Of a stretch of DNA of 64,000 nucleotides, positions 50,138 to 57,700 are shown piece after piece. The notes under the pieces were generated by a model. That model had not been told where the DNA came from. It saw nothing but the letters and a program-made list of their open reading frames with translations, and ran no database searches. The position numbers and the translations under genes were made by a program. Every line of letters begins with the position of its first letter. Positions within the stretch are counted from its first letter, which is position 1. The stretch is from an uncultured Clostridia bacterium. Its GTDB lineage: Bacteria > Bacillota > Clostridia > TANB77 > CAG-465. Where the stretch lies: positions 19,816 through 83,815 of the forward strand of contig CANPWO010000001.1 of the NCBI GenBank assembly GCA_947584535.1, written 5' to 3'.

Positions 50138-51181
50138 TTATTTATTAATACTTTCTATGTATTTTTTTCTTAACTGACCACACGCTGCATCAATATCTGA
50201 GCCAAGCTCACGTCTAACAGTTGTTACAATTCCACATGAATTTAATGTATTCATAAACTTTTCAACAGACTTTTCAGTTGCTTTTTTATACTGTCCATTT
50301 TTTATCTCATTTACAGGAATTAAATTTACATGTGCTATCATTCCCCTTAGTAATTTAGCAAGAGCTATAGCATCTTCATAACTATCATTTTCACCATAAA
50401 TTAGAGCATATTCAAAACTTATTCTTCTTTTTGTAATTTTTATATATTCCTTACAAGCAGTTAATAACTCTTCAATACTATATTTATTTGCTATTGGCAT
50501 TATTTCTTTTCTTTTTTCATCAGTTGTTGCGTGAAGTGATATAGAAAGAGTACATTGTATATTTTCCTCTGCAAGTTTATATATCATAGGTACTATTCCA
50601 CAAGTTGACAAGCTTATATGTCTTGCACCTATTCCAAGTCCATATGGGTTATTTATTAATCTTATTGACTTAACTACATTTTCATAGTTATCAAGTGGTT
50701 CTCCTATTCCCATATATACTACATTTGATATTCTTTCATTTGTATATCTTTGCACTGTTAAAATTTGTCCTTCTATTTCACTTGCAAGTAAATGTCTTTC
50801 AAAGCCTTCTTTAGTAGATGCACAAAATTTACATCCCATTTTACAACCTACTTGTGTTGAAACACATAATGTATTTCCATGATGATACCTCATAAATACT
50901 GATTCAATTGCAGTGTTATCATCTAGTTTAATTAAAAATTTCATTGTACCATCTTTTTTTGATTTCTGACACTCTATTATTTCTAAATTTGGTATATATG
51001 CCATATCCTTTAATTTATCTCGAAGTGTCTTTGATATATCACTCATTTCATCAAAACTTGTAACGCCAATTCTATGCAACCATTTAAAAATTTGACGTGC
51101 ATGGAATTTTTTTTCGCCAATACTTTCTATATATTTTTCTAATTCTTCCATTGCTAATTCATTTATATTTATCTTATCCAT
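50138..51181 (-). CDS. rlmN: 23S rRNA/tRNA (adenine-C2)-methyltransferase, radical SAM
   Basis: 347 aa. VSTQVGCKMGCKFCAS cluster motif and a C-terminal Cys (DIDAACGQL). Confidence 0.95.
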   Translation of the reverse strand: MDKININELAMEELEKYIESIGEKKFHARQIFKWLHRIGVTSFDEMSDISKTLRDKLKDMAYIPNLEIIECQKSKKDGTMKFLIKLDDNTAIESVFMRYHHGNTLCVSTQVGCKMGCKFCASTKEGFERHLLASEIEGQILTVQRYTNERISNVVYMGIGEPLDNYENVVKSIRLINNPYGLGIGARHISLSTCGIVPMIYKLAEENIQCTLSISLHATTDEKRKEIMPIANKYSIEELLTACKEYIKITKRRISFEYALIYGENDSYEDAIALAKLLRGMIAHVNLIPVNEIKNGQYKKATEKSVEKFMNTLNSCGIVTTVRRELGSDIDAACGQLRKKYIESINK

Positions 51182-51235
51182 CTTATTCTCCTAAATTTCT
51201 TAATATATTTTACTACATAATTAATTATTATGCAA

Positions 51236-51272
51236 GAAAAGTACCTATAGATAATTTCTATAAGTACTTTTC
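51236..51272. other. 16-bp-stem inverted repeat upstream of rlmN
   Basis: GAAAAGTACCTATAGA-taatt-TCTATAAGTACTTTTC (one mismatch). No flanking T-run on either strand. Confidence 0.4.
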
Positions 51273-51456
51273 AATGTATATGAGTAATATTCATTAGCAT
51301 TCAATTTTAAAATATTATAAAATATTATGCATTTTCAAAAGCTTTAATTTGATTATTTAATTAGATTATTTATAATTAGCTTTTTTTATTTAAAATTAAT
51401 CCTTTTATAATTAAATATTTTAGTTTGCATAATATTGTGTGGCTGGATTTTCTCCT

Positions 51457-51476
51457 GCGGGATTTCATCCCGCTTG
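51457..51476 (-). other. conserved hairpin element, copy H2 (downstream of the TR-like segment)
   Basis: Plus strand GCGGGAT-ttc-ATCCCGC followed by TTG. Minus-strand sense is CAAGCGGGATGAAATCCCGC. A near-identical 19-20-mer recurs at 51727-51745. Confidence 0.5.
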
Positions 51477-51583
51477 CTTTTTTCTTTTTTTCGCTTTTCT
51501 TTTTTGCTTTTTCTCTTTTTGATAGGATTTACGTTGCTTTGGTATTTTTATTCAACATTTTCCTTAAACAGTTGCTTATCTTT

Positions 51584-51646
51584 AGTACCACTTCTATTGT
51601 AATTGCCTCCTCGTTTCATGTACGGATTCGTCGTGTTAGAGAAATT
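51584..51646 (-). other. DGR template-repeat (TR)-like segment
   Basis: 63 nt aligning without gaps to 51936-51998 (48/63 identical). 13 of 15 mismatches are at positions where this copy has A in the coding (minus) sense. In the gene's frame it reads AAT TTC TCT AAC ACG ACG AAT CCG TAC ATG AAA CGA GGA GGC AAT TAC AAT AGA AGT GGT ACT, which is rich in AAY codons. Confidence 0.6.
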
Positions 51647-51726
51647 GCAACATAATCCCTGTATTATGTTAATAATTTAAATAATTATTAATTAATACCT
51701 TGATTAAAACCCACGACAAAGCGCAC

Positions 51727-51745
51727 GCAGGATTTCATCCGCTTG
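51727..51745 (-). other. conserved hairpin element, copy H1 (about 105 nt downstream of the adhesin stop codon)
   Basis: Plus strand GCAGGAT-ttc-ATCCGC followed by TTG. Minus-strand sense is CAAGCGGATGAAATCCTGC. The stem has one bulge. Confidence 0.45.
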
Positions 51746-51851
51746 ACTCTTGCCGTTCCCTTGCCAAAATATTGAGTTTATCTTAGTTATTATTATTTAT
51801 CTAATTAACTACTTTATCACAAAAAAGTGTTCAGTGTATCAGTGCCACATT

Positions 51852-51998
51852 TTAAAGTGAGACCCACACCGCGCGAAAACTGCCGAAACTGTTCGCATAG
51901 CCAAAGTCGGGGAAGAAGTAGAACAGACCCGCGCTAGCACCACTATTATTGTAACTGCCTCCACGTAGCAAGAACGGAGCCAACGTGTAAGAGAAATA
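51852..51998 (-). other. DGR variable-repeat (VR)-like 3' end of the adhesin gene
   Basis: Encodes ...YFSYTLAPFLLRGGSYNNSGASAGLFYFFPDFGYANSFGSFRAVWVSL-stop inside an FGE/C-type-lectin-like domain. The segment 51852-51935 is roughly 54% G+C by hand count, in an otherwise AT-rich window. Confidence 0.6.
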
Positions 51999-54782
51999 TG
52001 AAGCGTCGCCAAACCAACTTGTATGTTCAGTTCCGGAAGTGGATGTCTCCCATATTGCTTCTCCTTTTCTTTTACTGTTTGTTGCATCGTTATAATTTAT
52101 ATTTTCATCATAATTATCACCTTCGTATACAGATACGTATTTTGTTGAATTTCCGTTGTTATTTTTACTTGTTTCGTCTACTAGTGATTGTCCGTATTTT
52201 GTTAAATTACTAGTTCCACCTTTTTGATATCCTGCTGTAAATTCAGATGCTCCTCCACTCATATCATATATTCCGTATATGTTTCCTGTTGTTGATGCTT
52301 TCTGTCCTTCTGGTGTGTTATATGTATTTGATGAGCTTGCTCCATATCCTGTTTTTGTTCCACTACTATTAACTTTGTTTTGCTGTACCTCTACTCCATT
52401 TCTTCCATATTTACTTTGTGCTAGGTAAGCTACTGCTCCCCATTCACTATTCTTCATTTGATGTGTGTCTACTTTTGAAGAAGAAAATCCGTATGGATTA
52501 CCACTTTGGTTTAGATTTTTACATAGTGTAAATACTTCTCCTATTTTGATATCTCCATATGAACTTTGTCCTGGTACAAATTTTGGATATGTTTGTTTTG
52601 ATTGACTTTCTATTCCAGTTCCTTTGCTTGCTTCGTATTTTGCTACCCATATTCCTGTTAACTCTTCGTCCCATCCACCATTTGCAAATTGTGTGTCTGT
52701 TTCATCTGTGAATGCTGAATGTACTATATAATCTTCTGGTAAGTCTTGCTCAGCTTCATTTTCGTCTTCATACTTATCACTTGTTCCTTTTAAGAATATT
52801 ATATCTATTTGATTTGCTGTACTTGTTCCAGGATTTGTTATCTTGTATGCATATCTTGGTATCCACACCCACTGGCTTCCATCTGCTGTTTCTGCATTTG
52901 CCCAATGGCTTGTTGTATTATCTGTTCCAAATTCTTCTTTGCTTTCTTTGTATGCATACCATTCTGGGTCACTTGTTGTTGTTTTTTCTGATGTTCCATC
53001 TTCTTTAAATTTTATTGCCTTCATTCCAGGCATTATATTTGGTGGATTTACTTTTGATACTCCATCTTCTGTATTTCCATTTGTTCCATATTCTCCTTTT
53101 GCAATTTCTGCAAGTGTTGCAGTTTTATCATTTACTACTATCTCATATCCCTCAGGTACATTTACTTCAGCTTGTTCTTTAAATTGTGTACTTCCTGTTA
53201 CTGCTCCATCATAAAAGTTTGCTATAAATGTATCAGTTCCATTATCTACTGCTGTATTTGTTGCTGTTATTGTTGGCTTAGTTGTATCTACTGGTGCACT
53301 CTCATTTCCTATTATTAATGTCTTACTTGCATCTGCTCCTGAATTGTATACGCAATTATTTCCTGTTACTGCTCCATCTCTTATATTTATTGTTCCTTTT
53401 GCAAATTCTATTGCATTTCCATTTGTTGCTTCTATTTTTCCATTTGATACTAATGTTCCATTTGTTCTTATTCCATTAGCTCCTTTTATAGAACTATATT
53501 CTGAAATAATTACACTTGCTTCTGTCGAATTACTTTTTATTACATAGCCACTATCTCCTGTTGAAGTTATTATTCCAGCGCTTATATTAACAGTTCCTGT
53601 ATTATTTATTACTGGTTCATTTGAAGAAGAGTTTATAAGCGCTACTAAAAAACTTGAACTACCTCCACCACCAATAGGGCTACCTGGCGCATAACCTCCG
53701 ATATTTACTTCGTCTACATTATTTATTACTGAACCTTTTGCATTAGAATTTATTGTGATATGCCCTATACTAATATTACCATTATTTTCTATTGCATCTG
53801 AATTAGAATTCAATGTAATCGATGACGTATCATCACTATTAAAACTAAAATATCCAATATTTTTTATTGCAACAGTATTATCAGATTTCGTATCTATTGT
53901 TGCATTGCCATATATATAAAATTTTCCATTACTATCATTATCTACTGCTAAATTTGATGTTGAGCTTATATTTGTATTTGCAATTGAGATTTCAGAAGTA
54001 TTGTATATTGTAGGGTTATTATTAGACTCTGATGTTATTTTTCCACCTGATATTATACACTTTCCAGTTTCATTATATACTGCCGAATTTAATGTTGAGC
54101 TTATATTTGTTGTATTATTTATTATTATTTGACTATCTTTATATGTAGAACTATCACAATTATTATATATTGTAGGACTACTATCTGACTGTGATGTTAT
54201 TTCTCCACCAGATATTGTACACTTTCCAGCTTCATTATTATATATTGCTGAATTTGATGTTGAACTTACATTTGCATTTGTTATTATGACTTCGTCATTA
54301 TTATATATCGTAGGATTATTATTAGACTCTGATGTTATTTCTCCACCAGTTATTTCACACTTTCCAGCTTCATTATATACTGCCGAATTCAATGTTGAAC
54401 TTATATTTGTTGTACCATTTATTAACATTTGATTATATATTAAACCATTACAATTATTATATATTGTAGGACTACTATCTGACTGTGATGTTATTGTTCC
54501 ACCAGTTATTGTGCACTTTCCAAATTCATCATTATATACTGCTGAATTTAATGTTGAACTTACATTTGCATTTGTTATTATGACTTCGCCATTATTATAT
54601 ATTGTAGGGTTATTATTAGACTCTGATGTTATTTCTCCACCAGTTATTTCACACTTTCCATCCTCATTATATATTGCTGAATTTGATGTTGAGTTTATAT
54701 TTGCATTTGTTATTGTGATTTCGGAATCACTATATATTATTGTAGGGCTACTATCTGACTGTGATGTTATCGTTCCACCGTT
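51852..54782 (-). CDS. C-terminal portion of a split giant surface protein: beta-helix-like Asn/Ser/Thr repeats plus an FGE-sulfatase / C-type-lectin-like domain
   Basis: The frame is open from 54782. The first ATG is at 54428. Repeats are of the type NxSSTxNSAxYNxxGKCxIxGGxITSxSxxxPTIYN. The C-terminal part carries WVWIPRYAYKI, IWVAKYE, YGIYDMSGGASEFT and LRGGSYNN...GSFRAV. Confidence 0.8.
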   Translation of the reverse strand, partial: NGGTITSQSDSSPTIIYSDSEITITNANINSTSNSAIYNEDGKCEITGGEITSESNNNPTIYNNGEVIITNANVSSTLNSAVYNDEFGKCTITGGTITSQSDSSPTIYNNCNGLIYNQMLINGTTNISSTLNSAVYNEAGKCEITGGEITSESNNNPTIYNNDEVIITNANVSSTSNSAIYNNEAGKCTISGGEITSQSDSSPTIYNNCDSSTYKDSQIIINNTTNISSTLNSAVYNETGKCIISGGKITSESNNNPTIYNTSEISIANTNISSTSNLAVDNDSNGKFYIYGNATIDTKSDNTVAIKNIGYFSFNSDDTSSITLNSNSDAIENNGNISIGHITINSNAKGSVINNVDEVNIGGYAPGSPIGGGGSSSFLVALINSSSNEPVINNTGTVNISAGIITSTGDSGYVIKSNSTEASVIISEYSSIKGANGIRTNGTLVSNGKIEATNGNAIEFAKGTINIRDGAVTGNNCVYNSGADASKTLIIGNESAPVDTTKPTITATNTAVDNGTDTFIANFYDGAVTGSTQFKEQAEVNVPEGYEIVVNDKTATLAEIAKGEYGTNGNTEDGVSKVNPPNIMPGMKAIKFKEDGTSEKTTTSDPEWYAYKESKEEFGTDNTTSHWANAETADGSQWVWIPRYAYKITNPGTSTANQIDIIFLKGTSDKYEDENEAEQDLPEDYIVHSAFTDETDTQFANGGWDEELTGIWVAKYEASKGTGIESQSKQTYPKFVPGQSSYGDIKIGEVFTLCKNLNQSGNPYGFSSSKVDTHQMKNSEWGAVAYLAQSKYGRNGVEVQQNKVNSSGTKTGYGASSSNTYNTPEGQKASTTGNIYGIYDMSGGASEFTAGYQKGGTSNLTKYGQSLVDETSKNNNGNSTKYVSVYEGDNYDENINYNDATNSKRKGEAIWETSTSGTEHTSWFGDASYFSYTLAPFLLRGGSYNNSGASAGLFYFFPDFGYANSFGSFRAVWVSL

Positions 54783-54790
54783 CTATACTT
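53890..54790 (-). repeat. in-frame tandem coding repeats (about 280-295-nt super-repeat, each made of two ~37-50-aa sub-repeats)
   Basis: TATTGTAGGACTACTATCTGACTGTGATGTTAT recurs near 54168, 54463 and 54739. TAGACTCTGATGTTATTTCTCCACC recurs near 54026, 54316 and 54617. Confidence 0.8.
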
Positions 54791-57700
54791 AACTTATTAT
54801 CATAAATTCCAGCCTCTATTGCACTCTCTTTATTTGTTGAAATAGATAAATTATACAAACTAAATAAATTATTTGTACCATAACTTTCTAAACTTACTGC
54901 ACCAGTATTAGTAGAAATTTCTTTAAATTCCATTTCTCCATTTTCAATCTTTATATTACAATTAGAAGCTTGATTCACTATAGCCATAATAGAAGCATTA
55001 TACAATATCTTGTGATTACATAAATCTATATCGTAATTTTTATCATCTTCAAATAATTCAATAAAACTACCATCATTAATAGTCGTATCATGTAATAATT
55101 CCAATTTAAATTCACCATCTTCATAAGTAACATACTCACAATAATAAATCAATGCTTCATCAAATGTATAAAAACTTTCCATTTCTTCTGAACTATTTAT
55201 ATCAACAATTCTTGCTACTGGTTTTATATGTTCTAATGTTGCTGTATTTTCATTTACAACTATTTCATACATATCTGGAACAACTACTGTTTCTTTATTT
55301 TTAAACTGTATTTTTCCTGTTACCGAACCATCATAAAAATTCACCTTAAATTTATCATTTCCATTGTCTACACCTGTTTCTGTTACATTTATTATTGGTG
55401 CTTCTTTCTTTACTCCTTCATCACTATTATTTCCAAAAGTTAATGTTTTTTCTACGTCATTTCCTGAATTAAATACTCCATTTACTCCTGTTATACTTCC
55501 TCCTGTTATTTCTATTTCTCCTTTTGCAAATTCTATTGCATTTTGCTTTAAACTTTTTATTGTCCCTTCTGACATTGTTATTTTTCCATTGTTTTTTATT
55601 GCATTATAACCCTCTACATCTCCTCCTGTTATATTTACATTTCCTTGTGTTGAACTATTATTTATTCCGTGACTATTATTCTCATCATTTCCTGTTGATT
55701 TTATTGTTCCATTTGCTACAGTTAATGTTTTTGTATTATCTATTGCATCTTGATTTGATGTTATTATTCCACTTGTATTTATTGTTAATGTATTTGCATT
55801 ATATATTGCATTTTCACCTGTACTTGATATAGTTCCTTCTCCTACTATCTCCATATATCCTTCATTTGTTATTGTTGCTTTATCTCCTTGGTCATTTTTT
55901 ACTGTATATGTTCCTAGATTTAGTTTTGCATATTTGTTATTTGCTAGTGTTGCTGTTTTATTTGTTATATCTTTTAATACTACTACTTCATTATATGAGC
56001 TTGAACTTCCAGTTACAGCATTAAATGCTTCTTGAAGTGTTGCATATTTTATTGCACCTATTTGTGCTACTGCTTCTACTACATTTACTGTATATTCTGC
56101 TTTCATTGCTTCATTATCTTTTGATGTTACTGTTATTTTTGCTTGACCTACTCCTTTTATTGTTACTGTTGCATTTAATTCGTTACCTTCTACTGTTGCT
56201 ACTCCTTCATTATCTGTTGTCCATGTTACTTCTTTATTTGATGCATTCTCTGGTTCTACTGTTGCTGTAAGTTGTATTGTTTTTGTATCTTCAATAAACA
56301 CAGTATCTTCTGTTTTATCTAATGTTACTTTTGTTACATCTATCTTCTTTGTTTTTGCTGTTATTTCTCCTTTTGTATATTTATGACCTGTTGATATTGT
56401 TACTGTTACTTCTATATCATATGTTGTATATGGTTCTAGTCCTTTTATTGTATATGTTCCACCATATGATTGTTTACCTTCCCCTATATCAGATGTTGTT
56501 AATGTTTCTGTTTTCCAATTTTGTTGTGTTCCGTTTTCTTTGTATTTTATTTCTATACTGCTTAATGTTCCAAATAATGTTGATGTTGTTATTTCTACTG
56601 GTATTGTATCTGATGTTGTTGTGTCTGGTGTAGCTTCAAGTGATATTGGTTCTATTACATGTACTTGACATGTATCACTTGCCTGAGGATTATCTTGTGA
56701 TGTTACTGTTACTGTTGTGTCTCCTATTTGTTTTGTTGTTACTGTCCCTCCATCTACTTCTGCTATATCTGTTTGACTACTTTGCCATGTTAAACTTTTA
56801 TTTGTTGCGTTTGTTGGGTCTATTGTTGCTGTTAATTCTCCTGTATCTCCTAAATATACATTTAATGGTTTTGGACTTAATGTTACGTTATTTACTGGTA
56901 TTTTCAGTGTTGTACCAGTTAAATCAGTTATTGATACTTTATGCCCATTTGCATATTGACTTTCACTTGCTATTTCTACTTCTACTTGTATATTATATTT
57001 TGTTACATCTTTTAAGTTATCTATTGTTATTATTCCTTCATATTCTGTTTGTCCTGTTACATCTTGTGTTACTTCTTTTTTTGACCAAGTTGCTTCATCT
57101 TCTCTTTTATACATTATTGTTATCTTAGATAATGTTCCATGTTTAGTTGATGTTGTTACTTGTACTGGTATTGTGCTTGATGTTGTTGCACTTACGCTTG
57201 CTTTTAATGATATTGGTTCTAATACTTTTACACTACATTGTGCTTGTTTTTCCTTATCATCATTTGCTTTTGCTGTTATTGTTGTATTACCTACATCTTT
57301 TGTTGTTATTACTCCTTCGCTTACTATTGCCTTGTTCTGATCACTACTTTCCCATATTACTGTTTTATCTGATGCATCTTCTGGCAATACTGTTGCTGTT
57401 AATTTTCCTGTTTCTCCTAAATACACATTTAATGTATCTGGTGCTACTGATATGCTTGTTACTGGTATCCATTTTGGTTCTGCTTGTAGTGTTACTTCCT
57501 TTTGACATGATTTATCCTTTAATGTTGCTACTACTTTTATTTCAAATATCTTTCTTGGTTCTAATCCATTTATTACATAGTCATTTGTGTTATATTCTGT
57601 TTTATTTACGTCTATTGATGGATCTGTTATCCAATCTTCTTTACCTTTTTCTCTATGTTTTATTTCTATCTTATCTATCTGATTATATGTTGTATTTGCT

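Noticed and set aside
51457-51530. Reading H2 plus the following T/C-rich run purely as a plus-strand intrinsic terminator.
   Set aside because: There is no plus-strand gene or convincing promoter upstream of it, and a near-identical hairpin without a T-run occurs at 51727-51745. The possibility stays open in the hairpin finding but is not called as a terminator feature.
51700-51735. A possible remnant of a second CLec-domain 3' end. In the minus sense GCGTGCGCTTTGTCGTGGGTTTTAA loosely resembles the gene end CGCGCGGTGTGGGTCTCACTTTAA.
   Set aside because: The similarity rests mainly on a shared GTGGGT plus TTTAA and needs indels. It is too weak to call by eye.
50138-51851. A search for a DGR reverse transcriptase or Avd gene downstream of the VR/TR pair (and elsewhere in the window).
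   Set aside because: The 51182-51851 spacer has no ORF longer than ~30 codons on the coding strand, and the next gene is unambiguously rlmN. No ORF in the track shows an RT YxDD-type motif in a plausible context. The RT is therefore reported as absent from this window, not called.
51425-52087. A 76-aa plus-strand ORF (51425..51655) and an 82-aa minus-strand ORF (51839..52087) in the DGR-like region.
   Set aside because: The first is a Phe/Leu-rich translation of the polypyrimidine tract and the TR-like segment. The second is an alternative frame of the GC-rich VR region, fully inside the adhesin CDS. Neither has a convincing start context.
53890-54790. Regularly spaced near-identical repeats that could suggest a CRISPR array.
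   Set aside because: The repeats are in-frame coding repeats within a continuous ORF, with a period of ~280-295 nt and no repeat-spacer architecture. There are no cas genes in the window.
54751-54790. Programmed ribosomal frameshifting as the explanation for the split adhesin.
   Set aside because: No slippery heptamer, homopolymer run or obvious downstream stimulatory structure is present at the junction. A mutation or a consensus error in a repeat array is more parsimonious.
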